Below are positions 36,557 through 52,000 of a stretch of 64,000 bases of DNA, one piece after another. The DNA is from Tubiluchus corallicola (taxonomy: Eukaryota; Animalia; Priapulida). Each line of letters opens with the position of its first letter. Position 1 is the first letter of the stretch. The DNA lies in the NCBI GenBank assembly GCA_030141605.1, contig JAQGDQ010000196.1, positions 310,001 to 374,000 of the forward strand. Reading direction: 5' to 3'. Made by a program: the position numbers and the translations under genes. Under the pieces are notes generated by a model that saw only the letters and a list, made by a program, of their open reading frames with translations, made no database searches and was not told the DNA's origin.

Positions 36557-39500
36557 AATACTCATTTTAAGTGGTTAAGATTTCACCGCCGTCTTAGTGT
36601 CATCTTGAGGTTAATCCCAATAATTACCTAGATACAGGTCCTGCCACAATGTTAATTAGGCTCTTTCATTGAGTGCTGAATCCCAGTGTGTAATGTCCTG
36701 AACTTTCTGAAGAATCATCCTACATGTAACATATTTCTTACACAAAAATAACAAGTTTTCCATAGTTTCATTCCTAACGTCGCGTAGCTAATAAACAAGT
36801 TTACAAATAATCAACCATTAACTTTCTCCACCAAATATTAAAAGGTGTATTTCCACACATATCTTAATCTAATTTAAAAAATATATAATAATTAAATTTT
36901 AAAGTTATTAAAGTTAATAAGTAAGTAAAGTTATAATAAGCGTATAGAGTAACATGCACACGCGCCCAAGCACGCACACGCTCATGCACACGCGGTTAAT
37001 ATGTCTTGGGGTTGTAGGATAACGAATAAATATTGGGCCAGAACCCGTTTTTTAAGTTCAGTTACAAAATGATTTGTCACATGGCTATGGCTATGGCCTT
37101 GAGCCATGACTATTTGGCTATAGAGTGACTAAGGAGGTGTGTCATGACCCATAGACATCGACCTCGGGACATATAGGCCTCACCTTGTTATTAGTTAATG
37201 AAATTTTACATCTTTGTTGCAGTTCATCTTATTTTCAATAAACATAGCGCTTGTACAAGTCTATAATGTGTTTACTGCATTCTGATAATTACACGTAAAT
37301 TAATATTCCCTTAAACTCTAACTGAATTGTCGTCTGCTGAATTCTACGTACACAATCACATTGTGTGAAGATTGTGGGTTCAACTGTAGCAGCCTAATTC
37401 ACTGGCTTCAGAGGAAGAGAAATTATAGTTGCAGCCAGCAAGTGTTATGCTAGTAATAATTAGCACAGCATCTGCCTACTAGTCTATAGTTTCATACCTT
37501 TGTGCGCATGCGCACACGTACCGGAATTATAAATGCTGCGTGAATTGGAAATGAACGCATTAGACCTGTATAACACCTGTAGAATAAAGGCACCAGAACG
37601 CCATTAAATGGTGATACTTCATATAACGTAATTGTTTATACTGCGGTGGAAAGTAAATCTGATGTGTAGTATTGGGTATTAGTATCAACACAAGCGAAAT
37701 TGGGTTGCCATGTAGAGCGTGACTGCGTTTATCGAATGCAGTAGCCTGGAAGTGGATTTCTTGGCTTCAATTTAAGTGTAGGCATAGGGAGGCCAGGATA
37801 AACAAGATTTATGTGCTGAGGTTGAGAGGTTGACACCGGAACTGTGCAGTGTGAGACTCGCTGAGTCCGTTGCTGTTACCGTTACCTTGGTGATTCTGGT
37901 ATAAGGGCGATTGGATGCTGCAGCCATGGTTACCCCAGCTGATTAGCAGGTATTTGCCCATTGTACGTAATGTTAGGTAGGCATGCTGTACGTATTCTCA
38001 ATTAGCATAGTTATATCAGCCAAAAAATTTTATATAAAAACGCAATTAAAAATGGCTCAGTTGATATTTTGCTAGTGCAATTAAGTAACACATTGTGTTG
38101 TCTACAAAGCGTTTTTACTGTACATTTACTTTACCTTCTCTTAAAAGGTTTACTTTTAAAGTTAGTTAACATGCAAGTACCGAATTTACTTGCATATTAG
38201 TATAGTTGAATATACTTGTAGAATCTCAGTATTGTTTCTGAGATCAATGAGAAAGCCAGATCCTCGGAAAGAAAGAAGCCAGCCTGCAACCAAAAGGAAC
38301 GCACTGTCATTTCAATTATGAGTTCTTGGTGTATTTTCGGTTGTGTAATTTTAGCTCTGCTAACTGCATGGTTGAAGGTTCTGTTGCTCGCGTAATGGTT
38401 TTCCACAGACCACACAGGAATTTCACGGGAAAAATGTTTGTCCGCGGCAACCAGCTACTATACATAGCCGTGTAGTCGCTTTTAGCTATTTATTGTTTTA
38501 TTCAACATTATAGCTTGCTAGAACTGACTTTTACGTTATTCACAGTATAAATTTTTGTAGCTTTATACTCAAATAAATTCAATTCAATTCAATTCTACAA
38601 AACCAGTAACGAAATAGTAACAATTTTACACAGTTTTAGGTGAATATTATGCAAATAGAATATCTAAAAACTTTTATTACCTTGGTACTTGCCAGTAATA
38701 TCTTTAAGCTGAATAGTAGGTTAGCTGAATAGAATGTAGAACTTTTCTGTATTTATGGTTTGGAGTGCGGAAATTTGAGCATGTAAATGTAAATGTGTGG
38801 AAAAAATGGAAATGTGGCTTAACAAAAACGTAAAGTTGGATGACCTTTTCAAATTCGATTCGCGTTTTTGCTATGTTCTTGTCTTGGGCTTGTACGTGTC
38901 GTATAGCAGTATATCTCAGCTTAACTGTGAGAAACCGCACTTTGCCATATTTCTGCTGGTTTTATAGTAACAGAACACCACCATAAATAATTGAAAAAGC
39001 TCACAGTCGGATGTTGATAGCAACTATACTGCGTTCATTCACGTGTGTGTGTTTAATTAGCCGATCAGCATCCCTAGAGAATCATATGAAGCCATAATGA
39101 TACTGCTTGAACTTCATTGTAACACCTAACAGTACTCTGTGTCTCTAGATGTTAGAGGATGCTGAATCTCAAGCGACTTATGGGCAGGTAATTGGTTCTA
39201 ATCATCTGGTCGTGTAGATTGTATCCTTGGCTGATTGTGTGTCGCTAAAATTGTCTGAAATAACTGGAAAGATGACAGCCAAGATGGCCGTAAATTGAAT
39301 CAAATTGCAAGATTAGGTGGGTTTCGCTGCGATGTAGAATGTTTGAAAGATGTGCTTGCATGTTAGAAGAGCAAGTTGTAAAAATCATTCACCAAACTAC
39401 ACTAAGTAGATAAGATGAGAATTTAGACACTAGGGAAGTTGCAAATATGAAAGACGTGGAAGAGATTTAAATAATAACTGGTCACAGTGTTTCTGCGTTT

Positions 39501-41164
39501 CTCAGAATCCTGATATCTCAGCTTTGTATATACTAATTTATGTCATTGCACCTTTGCATGTATGTGTAAGTTACTTAACTTGGTCAAAATGTATGCATAT
39601 GCTGCATAACCCGTGTTCACAATAAGAAACGAATGATTATGATATTAAATATGTAATTAAAATTAATTACGCAATTAAAAATTTGAAAAAGGCGAAATGT
39701 GCTATTGATACGTGATGTGTGATGTGTTTTAATGGTAATGATAAATTTCTCATTTCAGTTAAAAATGGTTTATCAGTACATAAAAGCAACTTATTTGTGA
39801 ACTTTGTAACTAGATTTCGTGTTGAGCGGCTATTCAAAAACTAAATTTAATTTTTTTTATGTATTTCAGTAAACTCTATTATGGAAAGCCTTAGCGAGAT
39901 GCTAATATGTAGTTAGATTCAACACACATCAGTAACCGATTTTATACCATACAGTAGCGCCATTAAGGCGTCAGTAAGCCTATTATAATTATTGAAGTTC
40001 ATTTTTTATTAAATATTACCTATTTACCCACGCTCGCCTATAATTATATCGTAACTCAATATGTTAATCCATCATTTAGAATTAATCCAACCATTTATTT
40101 TCAACCTCGTCTCATTTTATCCTTAACTTTCTATCTAGGCTCTACGTTTGTCACACATCCCAGCTTTCACTGTTGCTAAACCTTTCTGCGACTTAAATGC
40201 CATTTATAATAAATGTACTACAATAATGTACACTTGTAATTTTCTTATTAGATATGAATCACATCCGATAAGTTTTGGTATAGGGATTTCTTCCTGTTGG
40301 GAACATCAGTATAATTTATGTTTATGAAAGTATGTAATCTATCTACCATGGATAATCTTAAAACAAAAATACAGTCGAAACGAGTTGCCACCTTAAACTA
40401 TAAGACTGGGAGAATGGAACCGAGTAAAACAAGAGGAACTTTTTAAACAATCAGAGAAGGTAATTACATTCCTAGTGCGATATTTCGACAATGATAGTTT
40501 GTCGTGAGTTGTGAAACATTTGTTAGCTTACTGAAATGATTCCGAGTCAACTGATGGGGATAATTGAAAATTATCACTTGTTGCCCGGCAACTTCAGCTT
40601 CAGCAGCGGCGCCGCGCAATTTTCATCGCCTTTAGTCATCAACTCTACACAATTTCACGACAACAGATGAATTGATTATTATAATTCTTTAAAATAAAAC
40701 TTGTTTATAAAGTAATTTCTTAGCTTGAAACGAACGAATGTCAGAAATATTTTTAAGTATCCTTGGAGGCAAATTAGTTTAGATTAAGAATTTCATTTCA
40801 CGTGAAGCGAAGTGAATATCTGCGTGATCACGACGTGTTCTTCGTGACGGAAGTTAAGAACAGGTGAAAAAATGCTCACGCAACCTCAAGCCGAGCAGTG
40901 ATTGAGAACTACTTGCAGATATGTTCGACAGCAACAACAATAAGTGGTTTTTGGTACAACGTACCTCTTGCGGCAGCACTTCCTGAAGTTTGCCATTTTG
41001 GGGTTGATTTTATGCTTCCTGTGTAATTTGTTTAGTTCTTTTAATAACAGAGCCAGATTCTTAACGCATTCTACTAATTTCCTCATAAAACGTTAAAAAA
41101 GAGAATAACATTGGCGAAAAATGACGAAAAAAAAAATGATCAAGAAAAACAAACACCATCACTG

Positions 41165-41203
41165 CAACAACAACAACTACAACAACAACAACAACAACAA
41201 CAA
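41165..41203. repeat. (CAA)n microsatellite
   Basis: Read directly. Confidence 0.9.
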
Positions 41204-41711
41204 GTACGTCGATCAAAAAATATCATACTAATTAACATTGCAGGCCTACAGGCTTCTTCTTTAAGCTTAATTTTTTTCCAATAAACATTGATACTGCTGC
41301 TACTGCAGTGATGTTTTTCCACGATGGGTCGAAAGTTTATACACAATAATTACAAACCCCGCGGTTTATTGACAGTAATCTGTTGTCCAACGAGTGATTG
41401 TTAACCGTCTTTATCGTTCTGCATGGAAGATGCTCTCATGTCCAGCCGTTTCGAGAGGCGGTTGAATAACTTGAATACATGTGACAAAGAAATTTCTGCG
41501 AATTTATGCTTAATGATGTAAAGTGATTTTATTACTGACACTTCTATATTAACTTGTGGTGTACCTTATAGGCGTTCTGAGCTTGTATGAAATTTTAGTT
41601 ATCTGACCGATCCACTTATGATTGTTTTTGGCTCATAATGGCAACACGAGAAAAGTTTTCACAGTTTATATGACCTGCTATAATTAAGTAAACGCACAAC
41701 AGATGTAACAT

Positions 41712-41714
<3 letters not shown>

Positions 41715-41749
<35 letters not shown>

Positions 41750-41760
41750 GATTATTATTA

Positions 41761-41827
<67 letters not shown>
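41715..41827. repeat. (ATT)n microsatellite
   Basis: Read directly; two interruptions. Confidence 0.95.
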
Positions 41828-41828
<1 letters not shown>

Positions 41829-42199
41829 AGAGGCACAATTACTATAATTGTTATTTTGTGATAATAATAATAATCACCATACTAATGCTCTCCCAACTGC
41901 ATAGTGACGCCTTCAACTAGTATTTGTTTCAGTAACTGGTAACATTTTCATAACTTTAGATATCTTGCTTTTAACTTTGTTTTTTTAAATTTTATGCATA
42001 AACACAAAATAGACGCCAACCAATAAATTTCTTACACTTGCCGGCCAAAAACAGACACTGTTAATCAATAGCAAGTTAGTTTAAGATTTTGTTTTCTGGT
42101 GCTGTGTTTAAATTTTCACTTCTTAAGTGTAGTTAATTTGTTTAACTTCTTTGTGTAAAAACATATATTTGCAGGCCTAAATCAACATTTGGGTTAATT

Positions 42200-42392
42200 G
42201 GCGTTTATGTAGCTTCCGGAATGCGCATGCGTTATGGGAGTGCGAAGTAGATGAAATCAGTTTATATTATTTTCAATGCACCCGTTCATATGACCTGCGT
42301 TATGCGCTATTTTTTTCTGCAGTTATTTCTTATTAATTTTTTTATTCCGCAGGCGGAAACGCATAACGCGTTCCGGATGCTACATGAACACC
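42200..42392. mobile_element. About 190-bp MITE
   Basis: Left GGCGTTTATGTAGCTTCCGGAATGCG matches the reverse complement of the right end, GGTGTTCATGTAGCATCCGGAACGCG (imperfect TIR of at least 26 bp). TSD unclear. Confidence 0.7.
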
Positions 42393-42907
42393 ACTAGTCT
42401 GCTGTTTAGGAATTCTCACCCGTAACATATTATACGGGTTTACAGATCCCGTCCGGCAAAGAGATTGGGGAATCTACTCGTATGAATATTTCATGAGTCT
42501 TCAAATATTTCACGAGTGTTCACGGTAACTCCTGGAAAAGCGGGAAACAATATCAATTACTGTAGACTACTTTGATGGCATAAAAACATTTTGATATCGC
42601 GTTTGCTGCATCAAACAGATATAAAGTAGCACTTTATTGGCCAAAACAACGCGCAAGCAAACACATCGAGAGCCTTGTAGGTGATTTTAACTTCTGGAAA
42701 TATCAGTGTAACAAGTGCACAATACGCCAACAACTATTATTCTGATCATTTTTGCTACCGATAACTGCAGCCAAAAAAGAAGGTGCAGACATAGCACTAC
42801 TATCATTATTTAATTTCAGCTTAAGTTGTTTAACCAACGATATCATCCCCTCCTCCAGAATCTTTGCACTGATCACGCAGTTAACTATTAGTCGCTTAAT
42901 TTAAATA

Positions 42908-43037
42908 CTAGTGGTAGTGGTAGTAGTGTTGGTAGTGGCAGCGGTAGCGGTAGCGATAGTGTGCAGCAGCAGCAGTGGCAGTGGCAGCAGAAGCGGCAGC
43001 AGCAGTAGCAGTAGCAATAGCAGTACCAGTAATAGTA
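42908..43037. repeat. Compound (GTA/GTG/GCA)n trinucleotide low-complexity tract
   Basis: Read directly. Confidence 0.85.
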
Positions 43038-46000
43038 ACTCAACCTTTTTGCAGAGACACTTAAATAGAACACTTAAATTTGTTTTGACTTCCTATCAGT
43101 CGAATACAATCGTATTGCAATAAAAATACATCATAACGTTTTAATTATATCCATTTGAAATTTCTTTAATTCAACTAATTGTTTGTTAGTGGCACAAACT
43201 CTGTTATGATTTGTTATAAATCTGTTAATCATAGAATGAATAAAATTGGATCCAATTCCATAGATGATTGAAACTAATGTGATGTAACTGTATTTCCATA
43301 GCCAAAGATTTTAGTATTGGCTGCAGGGAGCTGCTTAAAGGTGCACCTTAAATTCCGGTTAAATCCAAAACAAGATTTGTAAAACACTTTTCAGCGGAAC
43401 ACTAAACTGCATTACAATTCGATTAACAGGATGTGCATTCTGCCATCTTAAAGAACTTAGCTTCCCAAAAGTCACCGCGGGACGTCCCATAATGCGCTGT
43501 TAAGAAAAACATCTCAGCGAGACTGGGCAAAGAAAGGTTTTTCGTACATCTATGTAGACGGTTTGAGATGCAGATGGATGCCACATGCTACGAAAAAACA
43601 CATCTCGTTTTAGCTTATCCTTTCCTTATGTTCCTGTGGTGTGGAAGGGAGGTAAGGATGGTTCGGAAGATGTTCTTCGGTTAAATCCATTTTTAAAATC
43701 TTATGTAATAGTCGTTATTAATCGACCAATGTAACTGCGCAATAGCCTACACGATTTGCCGTCCGATAAGGGGTCGCTATCTTGAAAAGTTATTATAATT
43801 AAAACGGGCTCTAGGCAGTTTGATGTCCTAGGCGAAAACTATTTGTAGCGTCGCCTCCTCAGCGGTCAACCCCCTTCCTTCATGGTTTTCATCCCACAGC
43901 CAAAATTGAATTTTGTTGCATGTATAAGTAGTACTTGTGTGTTAGGCTAATACATGTATTATAATGTGCTAATTAAGTGTAGTTAATTAACTATCTACAG
44001 CATGTGTTGATTAAATGTAAAATTGAGTTTATGACCCAATTATACGTCCTGGATGTTCAGGAGCAATGAAAATTTCTTCTATTTTGCTAACACTTTTCAC
44101 GTACATGCTTTTGGCTAGATTTTTCCTGAATCTTTCCATCAATAAATTTTTGAAACACCAACTTCTCTTTTTATATCTATTTCACTAGTTTCATCGTCTT
44201 TACAACCATAACTCTGGTCTGGTTGAAAATACTGACGTAGACATTCGATATAAGTAATTGTACTTCCAAGAGTGGAACTCATTTATTGTTTTAAACTAAC
44301 TGTGTTCCTGTTGTATAGTTTTATCTTATGTGTATAGTTTTGTATTCTGCATTTCCTAATCGTTTTATATAGTACTCTACATATTGATTTAAATCTAAAA
44401 TGAAATAAAATAAAATAACATAAACATCTTTAGTGAATTTGTTTGTTGTTTAGTGTCCGCCTTTCGTTTCCTGTATTACGCTTCTGAAGGTATATTCGAT
44501 TCTTATATGTTTTTCCGCTACAATTAGGCCAAGATTTTCCTATTGCGAAATCTTCTTGTTAGACAAACACTTTTTTATTAACAGGAGTAGATGCAATATG
44601 AACTGTAGGCAAAAGGAGGGAAATAACGTAATATTGGGAAACCAATTAAAACAAAAGTGGAAAGTGTTTTGCTGCAGGTCAGTGTCGATGAATCATACAT
44701 TTTCAAGAAATTTTTGACACAAATTAACACTTTGTACACAAAGAAATTTAGGCACAGTGACACGAGCTGAAGTTGAGTAGTGGTTATTTTGGACATACAA
44801 CACCTTGCAGATCACTCTGCCTGTGATTTTAGTACGAAGACATTTGACAAATAAGGCGAAAGTACAAAACGAGTTTTTTGGAGCTGCTTAAATCACAAGA
44901 AGACACCCGTCATAAATAAAAAAATTGTCTTGAAATTTTTTGTCATTGTCTTATTGCATACAAACTTGCGCTAGCAGTAACACTGTATAAAACTTTTAAA
45001 TTAAAACTCCCGCGATGACTGTAGGTGTAGCAATTTTAACCATAAGTCGTTTGAAACAAATTTAGATAACATTGCATAAAGTTTGAAAAAATAATAATCA
45101 GAATAGTTGTAGCACACTTTGTGCTAACTAAGCAAAAGTAAAAAATCACCTTATTTTGTTAGTAAGATCAATAATGTGTTTTGGTCTCGAAATTTCCGAA
45201 AATTCAGAACGACTGTTCGTATTTCTACATATAAAATTGCAAAAACAGGTTTTTATCGCCGTATTTCAATTCCAATTCTTATATGTTAAATTTTAAACTT
45301 AAATTTACTGTATTTGTTGCTTGTCTATGATAGCACATTGCTGCTTTTTAAACGTTCTACATAAAAGTTTAAAAATTGATACTCAAATTGAAAACTTTAT
45401 CTTTTCCCAATTACTAGCTAAGCAGCATAAGCTAGAGGAAGTGTGTCTGACTCTAAAAGCTGATTATAATTTTGAAGCGGAAGTTTGTACCGATGCTTCT
45501 TTCGTAATTACTGTGCAATGACCATGTTTCTTTGACGCGAACGTTGCCATATAAGTAATTTTGACTTTTGGAGCACAGTGTAACTTGGACGTCACAAAAG
45601 CTCTCTGCAAGAATCATTTACAGTCATCCATCACAGCGCAGTCGTTAGTCTGCTGTGTGCTAGTTTAGAAGCCAGAGTTTTTATGGCTTCCCAAAGATAA
45701 ATGAATGTTTTCAGCTGCAAGAGCGCGGCCTGACGCAAAAAAGCTAAAAACATCGTTGACCCGGTTTTAATGCCTTTGCGCATGCGGGGCGAACATTTTA
45801 CTTAACATGCAAAATTTGTAAACATATTTTCACTTGTTTTTTGGGTGATGTGACACCTACCATCGTGTATAAACGACTTTGGACTTGCTGAATTGTAAAG
45901 AAGATTGAACGTTGTTCGGTAACACGGTTACACAGAAATTTAGGTACCTCTTAACTAGCGGATCTTGGTTTAATTACTGTTATTCGTATATCTGCCAAGC

Positions 46001-49000
46001 ACTCAACTTCTGCGCAAATATTTGCTAGGTTTTGCTTAAGTTTTTGTTTAAGTTTTGACGTAAATCACTTACACTTGGCTATACATTTGCTTACACTCCT
46101 TTCACCAGCTTATTTTTAAATCTGCTTAGGTTACTCATCTACTTTTACTTGCATTAGTTTTGTTAGTATACCTTGATTACATTTGTTTACATTATTTACA
46201 CTTGCCAACAGTTGCACACATTACTTCTGTTAGGTTATTTTGTTTACATTTGTTTATATAGTTACATTTACTTCAATTTGTTGGCATTGCTCCTATCGTC
46301 TTACTTCGTTTACACACGCCTACATCACTTACCTGCTCCACCATACCACTACATTATGTCTGCTAACTTACTTTGTTGAATTTGCTTAGATTACTTACCT
46401 TAGATTATAATTCCTTTTCATAGTACAAGAAAAACATAGTATAAAACTTATTCATTTAAACTGTTACCTACGTTTTTATGCATCTTTTTGTGCAAAAATC
46501 GTTCTAATTTTAAAATAGATCAACCAAAAATTTCTAGACTTTGCACAACTCACTTATTGGCTTTCTTTGTTTGCAAAATGTTAAAATGGTTTTTAATTTG
46601 TACTATAATTCTGTAAATATTTATTGTGTTTTACATCCAGCTAATATTTACTAAATTTTTATAAACGTGAAACAATAAATTGAGTTTCAAATAAAAAAAT
46701 GTAATAGGAAGTTAATTGTTTCCTAAGAATAAAGGCAGCTGCAGTTCTACTAGCATGAGAATACACGTAATAACATGACATGATCAGTCAAACGTCTTGA
46801 GAATAATAAATTTCTCGTAAAAGCGTTATTGTCCAGAGTAGATTTATTGTATGTGCAGCTGAGCGTAGTTATACTGAGTATGTAGCCTTGGACTATAGTG
46901 CGAGAGAGAGAAAGAGAGATTGAAATAATATTTCGAACAGTTAAGTTCATATATTTACAAATCCACGCAATTTCACACAAATACATACATGAATAAATGT
47001 ATACTTGAATAATTAAATAACTTGGTGTCAATATTGTAATGCTGGCGATGGTGTCGATTCACTGCAGTACACTTCATTGTAAAACGTGAATTAGCGAAAA
47101 AACAGAGAATTTTTGTAAAATGAACTGGCCAGAACCCAGTGTGCTCCATGTTAATTCTACGGAACAGGTGCTGAGATGTTAATCGCATCTGTCAGTCAGC
47201 CAGTGGAACCGATGAGACCACTCCATATCACCTACTCATAGCTGCTATTCAATGCCGATATGGAATGGCTTCGTAATGTATTAAACCATCACAATGTGGT
47301 GGTAGGGGTGAAAAGAAATGTCATTTCGCCGCCGTAACTATTAGCTAAAAGTTTAAACACAATTGCTTTTTCGTTCTCAGCATTACAGACAGACAGTTCT
47401 AAACAGATTGTGTTGCACTTTGTTGCCTATATAATAAAGTTCCCCACTTCTTTCTAATTATGCATGGTGAAACAGACATCACTTTTAAACATACAAATTA
47501 CATTTGAACTGCTGTTCGTACGGATTAGTAAGCTATTTACATATCTTCTGTGTATTACCACGAATTATTTTAAATTTAGTTGTATAGACATAGATCTGCG
47601 AAATAGTCGATATAAAATTTTTCAAATCTTCTTTATTTGAATTTTTTCACAAATCTTTGCGTTTGTTTGTTAAAACATCTGTCAGATCATACAAATCACC
47701 AGATATGTTAATGGAATTAAACATAATTGTTATAATTATCACAAAAACGAGACAAAATAGAGATAATTTAAACTAATTTTTAACCTTAAGTAGCAATAGT
47801 TATCCAGAAGCTATGAAAGCAAGACACTGACAATAACTGTAGAGGCAAGCGAATTAAACTCTCTACCGGTACACGCCGAAAAGCCAAGATATGTATGGTT
47901 GTGGAAATGCGACTAACCCTTCTAGTCCTATCACCAGAGGCTCTGAAAGGGCAAATAAAATAACTTGAGTAATGGCTTAAACCGCTTGTTGACTTATCGT
48001 CAAAAATCTAAATACACTGCACCCTGTAATGGTGCGAGTAATTAATTAGTCAAGCTATAAATAGTACAGCTGCGTCACCGTGCCAATAAGAGACTTGAAA
48101 TGACAGTATTTCTCAAGAATGATTAACATCTCAATGTGAACGCGTTACGAGCAGCTATCTTAAAAGGCGCTGTTATTGCTGAATAAGTCATTTTGACTTC
48201 GATGGTCGAAATGGAATGTCGGGTACCATATCTGACTTCATCATTTACAAATAAGGGAATGATGTGGTATTTTTGATTGATTAAATAAGAAGGAACGTTG
48301 GCTAAACAATGTTGGACGCCCCCTGGGTTTGTAAAACGTCATCTGAAGCTTTTAGTCCATTTCTAACTTTTACCCTGGCGACTGGCGTGCTGTCCATGCT
48401 TTTAGTGGGCTTCTAAGTTTTGTCCCAGTGAGATTTCAACGCTGAAATGTTCGTCTCAGCCTCTTACATCAGTTTATGATTAACGTCATTATCAAGGAAA
48501 CGATGCCATGGCATATCGTTGTAGTTCTAAAACTGTGCAAGAAGATGTAATATTCCACAGGCTCTGAAATGCTCTAAAAGTTTTGTTATTGTATGGCGAA
48601 AGAGGCGAATTCATACATTTAAGCCGCTAGACATAATTTACAGGATTTTTTAGACACGGTACAAGAGCAAAAACTACAGCGTCTATGACTTGAATCAAAT
48701 GAAGACTACACCCATTCAAATGAGTGTAACAAACCACAAGTTAAACTTTCTATCTTCTGTGTGTAAAGCCCCTACTGTGCTCTAGAGTCTAGATAATCTG
48801 GATCCAGGCGGAAACGCATTTTAATTGATGTTATTAGTTTACTATCTGCTTATATCAAGTATGGCATGGCAACACACTGAACATCTGATAATTTACACTG
48901 ACAAGCTGCTCAGTAGGGAAGCCTATACTCCTGTTTAGAATATACATGTCTTCCATGTTGTTTAACAAGCTGCAATCCACTTTTCTAGTTTATATTACTT

Positions 49001-52000
49001 TATAATTGCAGGGAATACGATATCAGCGGGGGGCATTTCCACCAAGGTAGTCCTGCCAACCTTGTCAACCAAAAAAAGGTTAAACCTTAAATTGTAAAAA
49101 ATGTTTTGCAATAATGACGGTGTTGGTGTGAGTAATGTAGATCAGGATGGTGTATCATCTAAGATAATGATCATAGCGATGGTGGAAGCAATTGTGTTAG
49201 GGGTGGTAGTGAGAGCAGCGATGGTGACTGTTATGGTGTAAGAGGGAGTATTAGTGATGAGAATTCTGTAATTTATAAAGGAGACAAATCACTCAAATCG
49301 AACTTGTTGTTAAAGTTTGCAGGGGCAACCTCGCGAATATTCTTTTAGATTCGCCATGATACAAGATTTTTACATTATAGTCACATACGCGATTAGTTGC
49401 CAATAGCCATTAGGTTCTCTATCGATAGGTATAAATTACACTGCAAACCATAGCTGCCCACAGCGGAAATAGAATCTAACCCATACCCACTAGCCTGGCT
49501 AATCTAGTTTCCAAAATAGCCACATACACATAAACAACCGCGTTCTGTTCTTGTCGTCCGCTAGGCCAAAATACAAACTATATCGCTCAGAGTAGACGTT
49601 TGTTAGGGTTGCCACTTAACAATGTAAGGGTCACTCATGCAATGCGCTGGAATGTATATTGTATTATCCTGTACTTGTATGTCAATTTAATTAGAAAAGA
49701 GTTGGTGACAACAACACGTGACCTGATGTAAAAATATTAAGTAGCTGCCAGGCCGTTGCGCCAAACTCTTTTCTCTGACGTGTGCCGTGATGTGATATGT
49801 AAAGGAATGCAATGCAATGTAGTGCAGTGCAACATATGGTGGAGTAATAGTATACGAACAAAATGATTTGTAATGGTAGTATAAATGGGGACAGCATTTT
49901 ATTTCTGAAAATTTTAATTGTTGCTAAATATGTAGCCGAAGCAGCACAAAAAATCAGAAAAACTATGATTTTTTATGTTTTTAACAAAAATTTAAGCGAA
50001 AAGTTTCATAATTCCTTGAATGAGTTATTCGATATGTGGTAAATTTCATCCGAGATTTTTACCAGTGTAACGTTAAACCATACAAAATATTCAATATTTA
50101 AACTTTTATTATCAGAAAAACATTACTTTTCTTTTTACTATTAGAAAAATTTCGTGAGTTAAACTGATCTAATCTGGAGGACGTGTTTTAAAAATGGGGA
50201 CGCTGAATCCGCAAAAAATGGGCCTATAAATTTTTATCGGCTACATATCGTCAGATAAAATAAATTTGGCTACGGCCCATAAATCACCGTAGACGTTGGA
50301 AAATCTCTTTAGGTCAAGGTCTGCTGTTGTGCCTGTTGAATCTCCTAGCAACATCTAAAGAACAAGGACATTTATTAAGATGAAAGTGCTATGATTGATC
50401 GGTGTTAATTTTGGTTCTCCGCTCAGTAAACTTGCATTTGGTAAACCTGTACGGCTACTGCACTTCCTTCGGTTAGAATTTAATCGACTGATAAATGTGT
50501 GTAGTTGATAGACCTGCACTGCCACTCCATTTTCTGCTGATATCTCTTAGCTGACCTGCTAAAGCTGTTCTGGTAGTCTGCTACTGTATTCCTACTGTTA
50601 ACATTTAGCTGACGGCTAAAAGTGCGCTGCTGTTAAACCTAGAGCTTGCTTCTTAACAACAAGAAGTTCAATAACAATATAGGTTTACCTATTGAATTTC
50701 TTATTGTTAATGTTTAGTTGATTTGATAGTGCGTTGTTGGTAAATATGTACTGAACTTCCTAATATTAGCAAATACCTGACTGCTGTTAGTGTGTACTGC
50801 TCCTAAGTTGTGGTACTACTGCACTTCCGACAGTTAGGATTTACCTAACGTGCTAAGGGCGCATGAGCGACGTTTCATGGTACCCACACACCATACTGGT
50901 ACATGGTACCCACACTGTACCGCCTCTCTATACATTTCTCTTTGTGCGTATGACCTCAGCACCTATATAAAGAGGGGTTACAAATCTCTGCATTCAATTC
51001 ACGCTGTTTTTGGCTTTTTGGCTTGCTAGATCATGTCTGGTTTACTAACTCATCTTTGCTGGCTTGCTACAGCACAGATGAGCAGAGTTATGCATCTGTT
51101 CAGGCTAGTTATGCATACGTTATGTTCAGCTATGCATAAGTTTAGTACAGCTAGTTCAATCCAGCCTATAAAATTAATAAATTATTATTGGTCTACCGGC
51201 GACAGTTTGGAGGCTTCCTCAACGTGTCGTCCGGAAAAAGTGAAGTCAAATAAATTAGCTATTGATATGATGAACAGCGACATAAGCCACTTATCATGCT
51301 AATTAATGTAGCGAGAGATGTTTGCAGCCTGGATACGCTTACATAATGTAATTGCTGTGCTTGACTTCATGTAGATAATTATGTGATAATCTATATTGGG
51401 TAATTTTCATGTAATCTGCATTAACAGATGATTCTTACAAATCGACAGCAGTGATAGAAAGGGTCGGTATCTTTAATACCACAATAGTAAGCAGTTTTTA
51501 ACCAGCCTTTCTTCTTAACTTTTTTCACGCCGACAATTTGGTGTGTTTCTTCCATTTTTTTCCTTTTCATCCCGCTTACTTGGTCTGTATGTTTGCCTAT
51601 TCTATGGGAACAAAGCCCTGCTGTAGTCTGCTGCTAGAGTGATTAAGCGAAGTTGTGAATTACAGCAAAAAGCTAATGAAAACAAAAAACAAAAACTGAA
51701 GTGTACGATTGTTCAGTATGACATCTTGTTGTACACGCTGTTAACTTAAGAGACAGTAAGGCTGTTTCTTGGCATATAGAAAAAAGTGATTAATAGAGTA
51801 GTCTTAGTTGCTGCATGAACACCAGAGCTTTTACGTTTCATTATGATTATTACATAAAATTGTTTTTCTAAATTCTCTTATAAGTATGAGGCACTTGGTG
51901 CTAGCAGTTAAACTGTCCCACAAGTATTTGGTTTATTTAGTGGCATTTTGTGTGTTTTCCCTTCGTGGCGTTTTCTGTGCAAGATTAATGATTGCGTTTA

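Noticed and set aside
50860-51010. Second hammerhead/Penelope-like end (GAAACGTCG on the minus strand) near a TATA-like CTATATAAAG
   Set aside because: The CUGANGA core is absent and element boundaries cannot be defined.
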